Of a DNA stretch of 64,000 nucleotides, positions 25,186 to 34,007 are shown in pieces; positions within the stretch are counted from its first letter, which is position 1, and the number at the start of each line of letters is the position of its first letter. This stretch comes from Myxococcota bacterium (GTDB lineage Bacteria > Myxococcota_A > UBA9160 > JAFDDA01). The translations under genes and the position numbers were made by a program. The notes below the pieces were generated by a model, which was not told the origin of the DNA, searched no databases, and saw only the letters and a list, made by a program, of their open reading frames with translations. Where the stretch lies: contig OZ245817.1 of the NCBI GenBank assembly GCA_965228475.1, forward strand, positions 1,664,001-1,728,000, written 5' to 3'.

Positions 25186-25881
25186 ATGTTCCGCCCCCTC
25201 GACGTCGCCAGCTCGCTCTTCGCCACCCTCGCCCGCGGCGTCGCGGGCCTCTCCGTCGGGACGCTCGGCAAGCGTCCGGAGAAGCCCCTCGAGCTCTACG
25301 AGTTCGAGTCCTGCCCGTACTGCCGGAAGGCCCGCGAGGCGCTCTCCATCCTGGATCTCGACGCCATCGTCTACCCCTGCCCGAAGGGCGGTCCGCGCTT
25401 CCGCGAGCACGTGCGGAAGGTGGGCGGCAAGGCCCAGTTCCCCTACCTGGTCGATCCGAACACCGGTAAATCGCTCTACGAGTCCGACGAGATCGTCCGC
25501 TACCTGTTCGAGACCTACGGCGACGGCAGCGTCCCGTTCTCGCTCGCTGCCGGCCCGCTGACGGACGTGAGTTCGACGATCGCTTCCGGACTCCGCCTCG
25601 GGGCCGGCACGACCTACCGGAAGGCGAAGCCGCCCGAGCGCATGCTCGAACTCTGGAGCTTCGAGGCGTCGCCTTTCTGCCGCATCGCGCGGGAGGCCCT
25701 CTGCACGCTCGAGATTCCCTACAAGCTCCACAACGTGGCGAAGGGGAGCCCGGGCCGCGCGGCCTTCGAAGAGCGCTCGGGAAAGATGATGGTGCCCTTC
25801 CTCGTGGACCCGAACACCGGCGTCGAGATGTTCGAGTCCGCCGACATCGTGGCCTACCTCGAGGCCACCTACGGGGCTTAG
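25186..25881 (+). CDS. Tandem GST-N/glutaredoxin-domain protein
   Basis: Two repeats: ELYEFESCPYCRK...PYLVDPNTG and ELWSFEASPFCR...PFLVDPNTG. Confidence 0.88.
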   Translation: MFRPLDVASSLFATLARGVAGLSVGTLGKRPEKPLELYEFESCPYCRKAREALSILDLDAIVYPCPKGGPRFREHVRKVGGKAQFPYLVDPNTGKSLYESDEIVRYLFETYGDGSVPFSLAAGPLTDVSSTIASGLRLGAGTTYRKAKPPERMLELWSFEASPFCRIAREALCTLEIPYKLHNVAKGSPGRAAFEERSGKMMVPFLVDPNTGVEMFESADIVAYLEATYGA

Positions 25882-27356
25882 CGCCTTCTTCGGCGCTCCG
25901 CGGCCAGGACGAGCGCTCCGACGATCGCCAGGAGCGCCGCGGACGGCTCGGGGACCTGGGTGAGGAAGACACCCGACGAGGAGACGAACTCGACCCCCGG
26001 GGCGAGACCGATTTCCAGCGTCGCGGTGTTCGACGCATCGATCGAGGCCGTCGTGACTTCGGTGAACAACAGATGGGTGAGCGTCAGGACGGGATTGCTG
26101 CCCGGGATGACGACGGTACCGCTCTCCTCGAACCCGGTGACGTAGAAGGGTGGTGCGCAGAAGGGGTCGGAAGGATTGTCGAAGGTCGGGCAGGTCTCGA
26201 AGAGTTCGCCGCCGATGGTCCGGAGGTCGAGATCCGAGAAGCTCGTGTCCGCGGGGACGACTTCGAGATCGGTGAAGGCCTGGGCGCGCCAGCGCTCCGT
26301 GGGAAAGACCGTCAGCTGTTCGTCCTGGGCGGTGAAGGGATCCAGCCGGGTCGTGAACGTGATTTCGTAGTTCCCGTCCGGGTTCGTCGGCCCACTGAAT
26401 TCGAGGGTCTCGGTGTACAGGGCCCCGACGAAGAGGGGGAAGTTGACGGCTTCGGCGTTCAGCAGGTCCCGGGCGAGGGCCTCGACCCGTAGCGAGCCCG
26501 AGGCGAGACTGGCGGACGCTTCGATGTCGATCTCCCAATCCGACGTGGGCGAGCCGACGAGGGGTCCCCTCCCGTTGAAGATCTCGTGGAAATCCACCCC
26601 GGTGAACGGTACCGGTCCGCCCTCGTCCAGGAACACGAAGTTCGAGCCGACGAGGGTGTCACGGCTTCCATCTTCCGTCGGCATCATCGGGAAATCGACG
26701 GTGGTGCGAGCGGATACCCGCGTCGAGTAGTCGAGCGTGACCTGGGCGTTCGCGCTCGGTGCGACCCACAGCGCCGCACTGGCGAAGGCCAGCCCGAAGG
26801 CCGTCGGGATCCGGCGCCGGCGGGTCAGGAGGGCGACGGTCCCCACGAGGGCGAGTAGCACGCTCGAGGGCTCCGGGACGCGCTGGATCGTGAAGGTGCT
26901 CTGCGAGCCGTTGATGACGAAGAAGTCGTCGAGTACGTCGTAGCTCCCGCCTCCCATTCCGTTCGTGAGCGAGGTCGCGAAGAGGCGGATCCCGTCACCT
27001 TCGGCGTCGAACAGGTTGAACTGGAGCTGGCTCAGGTCGTTGGCCGACCAGGCGATCGTCTGGTTGATGCCGACGCGGAGGGTGTCGCTCGCGTCGAGGT
27101 CCACGCCGTTCACCGTGCCGACGAAGGCGATGAGCACCGAGAACGCTGGCGGGGAGTCGCAGCCGGGCGACGAGGCGCAGACGTCGGACCCGGGCGTACC
27201 CGGCAGATCGACGGTCAAGATCCCGCTGCCGCCGGTGGCCGTGCCCGAGCCGGCGAAGTCGAGTTCGTACTCGACGGGGATCGCCGACGCCGGCGCGGCG
27301 AGAGCGGCGAGCAGGGTGGTCAGGAGCCAGGTTCGAAGTCGACGAGCCAAGCGCAT
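25878..27356 (-). CDS. Secreted protein with two PEP-CTERM sorting signals and an internal signal peptide
   Basis: N-terminal signal peptide; internal VPEP-TM-RRRR then h-region and ANA-Q; terminal VPEP-TM-RRRRR. Confidence 0.85.
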   Translation of the reverse strand: MRLARRLRTWLLTTLLAALAAPASAIPVEYELDFAGSGTATGGSGILTVDLPGTPGSDVCASSPGCDSPPAFSVLIAFVGTVNGVDLDASDTLRVGINQTIAWSANDLSQLQFNLFDAEGDGIRLFATSLTNGMGGGSYDVLDDFFVINGSQSTFTIQRVPEPSSVLLALVGTVALLTRRRRIPTAFGLAFASAALWVAPSANAQVTLDYSTRVSARTTVDFPMMPTEDGSRDTLVGSNFVFLDEGGPVPFTGVDFHEIFNGRGPLVGSPTSDWEIDIEASASLASGSLRVEALARDLLNAEAVNFPLFVGALYTETLEFSGPTNPDGNYEITFTTRLDPFTAQDEQLTVFPTERWRAQAFTDLEVVPADTSFSDLDLRTIGGELFETCPTFDNPSDPFCAPPFYVTGFEESGTVVIPGSNPVLTLTHLLFTEVTTASIDASNTATLEIGLAPGVEFVSSSGVFLTQVPEPSAALLAIVGALVLAAERRRRR

Positions 27357-27428
27357 GCATCCTCCTGGGCTACACGCTTGGGTGGCAGGCGGAATGCAAT
27401 TGTGGCGGCTCGCCCCCTGGGGGCCGGC

Positions 27429-28781
27429 TCAGGCGAGCCGGTCGAGCAGCGCGGTGCCGAGGCCGAGGAAGGTCAGCAGGCCGACCACGTCGGTCAGGGT
27501 CGTCACGATCACGCCCGAACCGAGGGCCGGGTCCTGGCGAAGCGCCTTCAGCAGGAGCGGGACGGCCGCACCGAGCATGCCCGCCACGCCGACCGTCACG
27601 AACATGGCCGCGAACAGGACGCCGCCGAGCCACGGGTTCCCCTGCCAGAGGGTGGCCATGCCGGCCGCCACGCCGCCGGCGATGAGCCCGATCGTGAGGG
27701 CGACACCGAGCTCCTTCGCGACGAGCCGGAGCCCGCTCGAGAACTCGATCTCCCCGAGCGCGATGCCGCGCGTGATCACCGTGAGCGACTGGATGCCGCT
27801 GTTCCCGCCCATGCCCGCGACGACGGGCAGGAAGAAGGCGAGGGCGACGAGCTCCTCGAGCGTCCGCTCGAAGCGGCCGATCACCCAGGCCGCCACGAAC
27901 AGCGCGCCGAGATTCAGGAGCATCCAGGGCAGGCGCCGCCGTACGGACTGGAGCGGCGTGCTGAACACGCGGTCCTCTTCGTGGAGGCCCGCCATGTAGT
28001 AGATGTCCTCGGTTGCCTCTTCGTTGATGACCTCGATCACGTCGTCGACGGTGATCACGCCGAGGATGCGGTTCTCGTCGTCGACGACGGGCATCGCGAG
28101 CAGGTTGTACCGGGAGACGGCCTGGGCGGCTTCCTCTTGGTCCGCGTCGGCGCGGATGCTCACGGGGTCGCGGATCATCAGCTCGCCGAGCTGCCGGTCC
28201 GGTGCGGCGGCGACCAGACGGCGGATCGGCACGACGCCCGAGAGCCCGCCCTTCTCGTCGACGACGTAGAGGTAGAGGATCGCCTCGGTGGCCTCGCCCT
28301 CGGCGCGGATGCGGTCGATCGCACCCTGCGCCGTCGTGCCCTGTTCGAGCGCGACGAAGCCCGTCGTCATGGCACGGCCCGCGCTCTCGGCGGGGTAGAG
28401 CTCGGCCTTGCGAAGCTCCGCGGCCTTGTCCTCGGGCAGGCGCGCGATCACCGGGGCGCGCCGTTCCTCGGGCAGCCTCTCGACCATCTCGAGCATGTCG
28501 TCGATCTCGAGGCGCGCGAGGATCTCGGCCAGCCGGGCGTCGCCGAGGGCGTCGAAGATCTGCGGGAAGAGTTCCGGCGGCAGCTCGCGCAGGGTCGGCG
28601 CGGCGCGATGCTGGCGGTAGAGCACGTCGACGACGGTACGGATCTCGTCGGGTTGCAGATCGCCGAGCACCGGGGCCAGATCCGCGGGGCGGGAGCGCGC
28701 CAGCAGCCGTTCCGCGCGGGTCACCAGCCCGGACGCGAGCAGGCGTCGCAGGACGCGGACGGTCAGCTGGGGATCGGCCAT
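27429..28781 (-). CDS. mgtE: Magnesium transporter MgtE
   Basis: N-domain, two CBS domains, RRRLPWM, MGGNSGIQ, DPALGSG..TTLTD. Confidence 0.95.
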   Translation of the reverse strand: MADPQLTVRVLRRLLASGLVTRAERLLARSRPADLAPVLGDLQPDEIRTVVDVLYRQHRAAPTLRELPPELFPQIFDALGDARLAEILARLEIDDMLEMVERLPEERRAPVIARLPEDKAAELRKAELYPAESAGRAMTTGFVALEQGTTAQGAIDRIRAEGEATEAILYLYVVDEKGGLSGVVPIRRLVAAAPDRQLGELMIRDPVSIRADADQEEAAQAVSRYNLLAMPVVDDENRILGVITVDDVIEVINEEATEDIYYMAGLHEEDRVFSTPLQSVRRRLPWMLLNLGALFVAAWVIGRFERTLEELVALAFFLPVVAGMGGNSGIQSLTVITRGIALGEIEFSSGLRLVAKELGVALTIGLIAGGVAAGMATLWQGNPWLGGVLFAAMFVTVGVAGMLGAAVPLLLKALRQDPALGSGVIVTTLTDVVGLLTFLGLGTALLDRLA

Positions 28782-29247
28782 GGCAGGCTCCCGTGCGTCC
28801 GAGACGCCGGGAGCCTCCGGGGAGGCGCCTAGTGGGCGCGCGGGACGCGAGTGGTCGGCGGTTGGCGCTGTGGCCAGGTCGCGGTGCGTGAACTCATCGA
28901 CTGGCGCGGACGATACCGAAGGGCGCTGGCCGGGTCATCGAAGGAACCGCCTATCGAGGGAACCGCGGGATGGCCGCGGAAGGAACGGTCTGAACGAGGG
29001 GTAAAGGCCACGGCGATGCGACCGGAATCGGCAACCCCGTGCTCTTCCTCCGCGAAACCGTTTGATTTTTTCTCTCCGCGGAATCCCCGCAGGGCGCAGT
29101 TTCCTCGTGTGTTCGCGAAAGCGGCAGCGTAGTATTGAGCCGTCTGGAATTCGCTCGTCGGCCGGGAAAGCTCCGGGCGACTCACGTTTCCGGACAGCTG
29201 CGGCAACTCGGCGTGGCACGGCTGCGAGGCTCTGGGGAGGGGCGGGG

Positions 29248-29481
29248 ATGAAGGATCTGATCACGGCGATCGTGCAAGCGCTCGTGGACAAGCCCGATGA
29301 AGTGCAGATCAAAGAGGTCCAGGGCGACCATGCTCACGTTTTGGAGCTGGTCGTTGCCAAGGAAGATCTTGGCAAGGTGATCGGGAAGGGCGGGGCCCAC
29401 GCCTCGGCCATCCGCACCTTGATGGCCGCCGCCAGCGGCAAGGAAAAGAAGCGGTACATCCTCGAGATCATCGAGAACTAG
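29248..29481 (+). CDS. khpA: KH-domain RNA-binding protein (KhpA family)
   Basis: MKDLI..IVQALVDKPDEV, DLGKVIGKGG (GxxG loop), LEI C-terminus; GGAGG RBS. Confidence 0.88.
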   Translation: MKDLITAIVQALVDKPDEVQIKEVQGDHAHVLELVVAKEDLGKVIGKGGAHASAIRTLMAAASGKEKKRYILEIIEN

Positions 29482-29646
29482 GCCGCTCGCCCACATCGCG
29501 CCCTCCGGGCGCCCCCGGGCAGGAAGCCCGCCGCACGGCTCAGGGACGCAGCGCGTAGTTCTGGACGGGACGCGCCGCCCAGGGACGCAGCCATCGGTCT
29601 GATAGACTCGGCCGCTCGCTCTCCCCTCGTCCCGAAAGGAGCCCCC

Positions 29647-31479
29647 GTGTCGAGCGCCGCCCCGCCGTCCATCCCCACCTTCGAGGCTCCGCTGACGCTC
29701 GGCGCGCAGATCGAGGACCGCGCCCGCCACGAGCAGGTCGGGTCGCGGCCCTTCCTTCGCCACGACGAGCGCGTCTGGACCTACCGTCAGTACCGCGACG
29801 AGTGCGTCCGCCTCGCCCACTTCCTGCTCGAGCGCATGGGTCCGATCGACGATGCCCGCCCGGGCCACGTCGCCATGCTGATGGAGAATCAGCTCGAGCT
29901 GCTCTCGCTCTACGGGGCCTGCGGCTACGCCGGGCTGACCCTCTTCGGCGTCAACACGGGCCTGCGCGGCGAGGTGCTGGCCGGCGTGCTGAACCAGAGC
30001 AAGGCGCGGCTGCTGGTCGTCGACGAGCGGCTCCTGCCCCAGGTCCTCGCGGTGCGCGGCCAGCTCGAGCACGTGGCCCCGGACGGTCTGCTCGTGGTGC
30101 CGACGGAGGGTGGCTCCTTCGATGCGCCGACCCTCGCCGCGGAGGTCGACGCCGTCGTCCGTTCGACGGGATCGGAGCTCGAGGCGCCCGCCGTCGAGGT
30201 CACCCCGGAGACGAACCTGATCGTCATCTACACGTCGGGCACGACCGGGCTGCCCAAGGGCATCAACAACAACCATTTCAAGCTGTTGGCCATCGGGATG
30301 GTGGTGTCCGGGAACCTCGGCCTCGACCCCGACGCCGTCGGCTATGCCTGCATGCCGCTCTTCCACTCCAACGCCCTGTTCCTCGGCGTGATGCCGGCCT
30401 TCCAGGTGGGCGGGAGCCTCGGCCTGCGCGAGCGCTTCAGCGCCAGCCGCTTCCTGCCGGACGTGCTCGACTACGGCGTCAGCTACTGGAACTACGTGGG
30501 CGAGCCCGTGCACTACGTGCTCGGCGCCGTCGAGAAGGCCTTCGACGGGGACGAAGCCCGGATCCTGGCCGAGGTCGCCGGGAACGAGCGCAACCGTCTG
30601 GCCTACGCGATCGGCAACGGCGCCTCGCCGCCGGACATCGACCGCTTCATGCGCTGGTTCGCCCTCGAGGACATGTTCGAGCTCTACGGGTCCACCGAGG
30701 CGGCCATCAGCACGTTCCGCAAGAAGGGCGACCCGCGCGGAAGCGTCGGCGAGGTGACCGACGAGGCCGTGCAGATCCTGAACGAGAAGGGGCAGCCCTG
30801 CGCACCCGCCGAGCTCGACGCCGACGGCAAGATCGCCAACTACGCCGAGGCCGTCGGGGAGATCTGCCGCGTCGCCGCGGATACCTCGCTCTTCCAGGGC
30901 TACTTCGAGAACGAGGACGCCAACTCCTCGAAGTACCGCGACGGCGTCTACCACTCGGGCGACCTCGGTCACATCCTCGTGCGGGACGGGCGCCGCTACC
31001 TCTTCTTCGACGGCCGCACGGACGATTGGATCCGGAAGGACGGCGAGAACTTCTCCGCCGCCCAGGTCGGCCGCTTCCTCCAGGACCACCCCGCCGTGGA
31101 CATGGCCGCCGCGTACGGGGTCCCCTGCGCGGTCTCGGACGAGCTCGTGATGGGCGCCCTGAAGCTGGCCCCGGGAGCGAGCTTCGACCCGAAGGACTTC
31201 TTCGACTACTGCGAGACCCAGGTCCGCGAGGGCGGCATGGACCGCAAGTGGTTCCCGGACTTCATCCGGCTGGTGGACGACTTCGAGTTCACCCGCACCC
31301 AGAAGATCCTGGTGCGGAACCTGAAGGCCGTGCACTTCGACCGCAACCGGCTCCCGGAGGCGCCGCTCTTCTGGCGGCAGCGGGGCGACACGACCTTCAA
31401 GCCCTTCGGCCCGGACGACTACGAAGGGGTTCGCGAGGAGTTCGAGCGGGCCGAACGGGTCGAACTGCTCGACCGGTAG
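29647..31479 (+). CDS. AMP-dependent acyl-CoA synthetase
   Basis: YTSGTTGLPKG, PLFHSN, YGSTE, YHSGDLG, GRTDDWIRKDGEN. Confidence 0.92.
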   Translation: MSSAAPPSIPTFEAPLTLGAQIEDRARHEQVGSRPFLRHDERVWTYRQYRDECVRLAHFLLERMGPIDDARPGHVAMLMENQLELLSLYGACGYAGLTLFGVNTGLRGEVLAGVLNQSKARLLVVDERLLPQVLAVRGQLEHVAPDGLLVVPTEGGSFDAPTLAAEVDAVVRSTGSELEAPAVEVTPETNLIVIYTSGTTGLPKGINNNHFKLLAIGMVVSGNLGLDPDAVGYACMPLFHSNALFLGVMPAFQVGGSLGLRERFSASRFLPDVLDYGVSYWNYVGEPVHYVLGAVEKAFDGDEARILAEVAGNERNRLAYAIGNGASPPDIDRFMRWFALEDMFELYGSTEAAISTFRKKGDPRGSVGEVTDEAVQILNEKGQPCAPAELDADGKIANYAEAVGEICRVAADTSLFQGYFENEDANSSKYRDGVYHSGDLGHILVRDGRRYLFFDGRTDDWIRKDGENFSAAQVGRFLQDHPAVDMAAAYGVPCAVSDELVMGALKLAPGASFDPKDFFDYCETQVREGGMDRKWFPDFIRLVDDFEFTRTQKILVRNLKAVHFDRNRLPEAPLFWRQRGDTTFKPFGPDDYEGVREEFERAERVELLDR

Positions 31480-31521
31480 CGCCCCGCGGCTCCGCCGAGC
31501 CCGGCTGGCCGAGGCCTCCGC

Positions 31522-31550
31522 TTGACGCGGGGGGCCAGGGCAGGTATCAA
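31522..31550 (+). promoter_or_regulatory. sigma70-type promoter of the bS22 gene
   Basis: TTGACG-N17-TATCAA. Confidence 0.55.
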
Positions 31551-31583
31551 ACGGCCCGCGAACCCCAAGTGAGAGGCCCCATC

Positions 31584-31676
31584 GTGGGAAGCGTCATCAA
31601 GAAGCGCCGCAAGAAGATGCGGAAGCACAAGAAGCGGAAGCTGCTCCGCCGCGCGCGCCACAAGCGCAAGCGCTAG
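31584..31676 (+). CDS. 30S ribosomal protein bS22 (AURKAIP1/COX24 family), 30 aa
   Basis: MGSVIKKRRKKMRKHKKRKLLRRARHKRKR; GAGAGG RBS. Confidence 0.9.
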   Translation: MGSVIKKRRKKMRKHKKRKLLRRARHKRKR

Positions 31677-31926
31677 CGCCTGCTCGGGTTTTTCGGCCCG
31701 AGGCCACTTCGTCCCCGCCCCTGAACCACTGAACGATTGCCGGAAACCGCGTCGCGACGGCGCGGTGCGTCCGCGCCTGGCCGGCGTCCGCCGCCGCCGG
31801 GATCGAGGCCGTGCGCCTGCTCGGAACGCTCGGGTTTCGCCGCGCTGCGTTGCATTCGCGAACTCAAAACCGTTTCAATGCCCGCAGTTAACGGCGGCAT
31901 CCCGTTGTTTTTTTTGGGCTTCTCTA

Positions 31927-31956
31927 TTGACGCTCTGAAAAACGGGTTGTTAGTCT
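31927..31956 (+). promoter_or_regulatory. sigma70-type promoter (extended -10, AT-rich upstream tract) of the histone-like gene
   Basis: TTGACG-N18-TAGTCT with TGn; poly-T tract upstream. Confidence 0.55.
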
Positions 31957-32014
31957 GGCGCGCAACAGTGGCCGTAGTGCCTCGTTCTTTGGATGAAAAC
32001 GGGGAAGAATGCCG

Positions 32015-32042
32015 TCAAGTTCGGTGAAACGGGTTCCGATGG
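32015..32042 (+). promoter_or_regulatory. sigma28-type promoter of the histone-like gene
   Basis: TCAAG-N15-TCCGATGG. Confidence 0.55.
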
Positions 32043-32156
32043 TTGGCGCAAGCGCCGTGTTCGCGAAAGCGGGCGGGGCGTGTGTCGTTGGTCTGTCGGG
32101 TCCGTTCCCCGTTGGGCGCGGTACTCGGAGCCACACAACATGGGGGAAACCCAAAC

Positions 32157-32558
32157 ATGGCCGCTCGTAAGCGGAAGGCCAAGAAGAAGGCCACAAAGAA
32201 GGCCACGCGACGTCGGAAGACGACGCGGAAGAAGGCCACCAAGCGCAAGACCAAGAAGAAGGCCGCCAAGAAGAAGGCGACCAAGAAGAAGGCCAAGCGG
32301 AAGGCCGCCAAGAAGAAGGCGACCAAGAAGAAGGCCAAGCGGAAGACCGCAAAGCGGAAGGCCGCGAAGCGCAAGACCAAGAAGAAGGCCAAGCGCAAGA
32401 CCGCCAAGCGCAAGACCAAGAAGAAGGCCAAGCGCAAGACGGCGAAGCGCAAGACCAAGAAGAAGGCCAAGCGCAAGACTGCCAAGCGCAAGACCAAGCG
32501 CAAGGCCAAGAAGAAGGCCACGAAGAAGGCTACGCGGCGCCGCCGCAAGAAGGCCTGA
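32157..32558 (+). CDS. Histone H1/protamine-like basic protein (133 aa)
   Basis: Only K, R, A and T after the Met; KRKTAKRKTKKKA repeats; followed by a terminator. Confidence 0.85.
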   Translation: MAARKRKAKKKATKKATRRRKTTRKKATKRKTKKKAAKKKATKKKAKRKAAKKKATKKKAKRKTAKRKAAKRKTKKKAKRKTAKRKTKKKAKRKTAKRKTKKKAKRKTAKRKTKRKAKKKATKKATRRRRKKA

Positions 32559-32605
32559 TTCGGGTCGAAGCTTCAGCTCGCCCCACAAGGGTGGGCAGGC
32601 TGCGG

Positions 32606-32636
32606 ACCCCGGCCGACGCAAGTCGGCCGGGGTTTC
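32606..32636 (+). terminator. Intrinsic terminator between convergent genes
   Basis: ACCCCGGCCGAC-GCAA-GTCGGCCGGGGT then TTC. Confidence 0.8.
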
Positions 32637-32708
32637 GTCCGTCTGGGGCTCGGTGGCGTTTGGAGCGGTTGGAGGGCTGGGCCGGGCCGCGGAGGCGCCC
32701 CGGCGGGT

Positions 32709-33998
32709 TCAGCCGACGACGTCGATCGGGATCTCGATGTCGACCGTCGTGCCCTGGCCGATCTCGCTGCGGAGAGCGAGGGTTCCTTCGAGCAGGGTGA
32801 TCAGGTCCTGGACGAGGGAGAGGCCGAGGCCCGCCCCGCGGAAGCGGTTCGAGCCCGTGTCGTCGACCTGGTAGAACTCGTCGAACACGGATTCCTGGTC
32901 GTCCGGCGCGATGCCGATGCCGGTGTCCCGGATCGAGCAGCAGAGCCGGTCGTTCTCGACCCGCGCCGAGACCTCGATCGTGCCCTGGGGCGTGAACTTG
33001 GCGGCGTTGTCGAGCAGCAGGTAGAGCACCTGGTGGAGCTTCGCGAGGTCCGTGCGGATCTTCGGGAACGGTTCCTGGAGGCTCCGTTCGACGACCACGG
33101 GCTTGCCCTCGAAGGCGTCCTGGATGCTGAAGGTGACCTCCTCGACCACCTCGCGGAAGTTCACGTCCTGGACTTCCACGGGCAGCTCGCCCTGCTTGAT
33201 GCGCCAGAGGTCGAGGATGTTCTGGAGCGTGCGCAGGAAGCTCGTGCCCTCGTCGAGCGCGCCGCGCAGGCCGCTGCGGCTCTCCTCGGACAGGCCGTCG
33301 GTGTCGCTCGCCAGCACCGAGATGATCGCCTCGATGATGTTGTTGAGCGGCGCCCGCAGCTCGCGGGACATCTTCTCGATGAAGTCCTTCTTGAGCTTCT
33401 CGATCTTTCCGAGCTGCTCGTTGCTGCGGCGGAGCTCGATGTCCTGGGCGAAGAGCGCTTCGGAGAGCTTCAGGATCTCTTCCGCATCCTCTTCCGGGGG
33501 CGCGCCGCCGGCGGCGTCGGCCTTGCCCGCCGCGAGGAGGGCATGATCCAGCCGGATGGCGACGATCTCGGAGACGTGGGAGAGCGCCTGCCGGGCCGCA
33601 TCGGAAACCGTATTGGGTGCCGCGACGAGCAGGACGCCGTGCCAGCGGCTCCCGACGCACAGCGGAACCCCGACGAGGCCGCCGGCGCCGCGCACGCCGA
33701 GCGAGTCGAGCGGCGCGTAGGGCGTCGGCTCGGTGCGCTCGCGCAGATCCCGGAGGACGGGGAGCAGGGCCTCGGAGGCCTGGCGGGCCGCCGTCGGCGT
33801 CGCGAAGCCGGCTGCGGCGCGCAGCTGGGGCGCCGCGTCGCTCGGCGTCTCTTCGACGGAGGCGAACAGGAGAGCGAGACCGCCGCCGACGATCTCGACC
33901 GAGCGCGAGGTCGCCGCGCGGGCTGCCTGGGCGATGCCCTGGGTCAGGTCCGGGCCGGTGCTCGCCTCCGAGGCGCCGGTTTGCGTGGGATCGTTCAT
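32709..33998 (-). CDS. Histidine kinase-like protein (GAF-like + HisKA + HATPase) lacking the phosphoacceptor His
   Basis: H box reads MSRELRAPL; intact LLDNAAKFT, DTGIGI, FDEFYQ and GAGLGL boxes. Confidence 0.88.
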   Translation of the reverse strand: MNDPTQTGASEASTGPDLTQGIAQAARAATSRSVEIVGGGLALLFASVEETPSDAAPQLRAAAGFATPTAARQASEALLPVLRDLRERTEPTPYAPLDSLGVRGAGGLVGVPLCVGSRWHGVLLVAAPNTVSDAARQALSHVSEIVAIRLDHALLAAGKADAAGGAPPEEDAEEILKLSEALFAQDIELRRSNEQLGKIEKLKKDFIEKMSRELRAPLNNIIEAIISVLASDTDGLSEESRSGLRGALDEGTSFLRTLQNILDLWRIKQGELPVEVQDVNFREVVEEVTFSIQDAFEGKPVVVERSLQEPFPKIRTDLAKLHQVLYLLLDNAAKFTPQGTIEVSARVENDRLCCSIRDTGIGIAPDDQESVFDEFYQVDDTGSNRFRGAGLGLSLVQDLITLLEGTLALRSEIGQGTTVDIEIPIDVVG

Positions 33999-34007
33999 CG
34001 CCCCACC

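Noticed and set aside
22909..26538. 1209-aa minus-strand ORF
   Set aside because: Antisense to hom, thrC, ribE and the GST-N gene and out of frame with the PEP-CTERM gene; no recognisable domains.
29002..29028. TAAAG-N14-ACCGGAAT as a sigma28 promoter for khpA
   Set aside because: The -10 element is too far from GCCGAT to support.
29213..29230. TGGCACG as a sigma54 promoter for khpA
   Set aside because: No GC at the -12 position (GG-N10-AG).
32015..32548. Hydrophobic repeat ORF (LAFFLV) on the minus strand
   Set aside because: It is simply the reverse complement of the Lys-rich gene; the RBS and promoters favour the plus strand.
32160..32550. Repeat array as a possible CRISPR
   Set aside because: In-frame coding repeats with no unique spacers and no cas genes.
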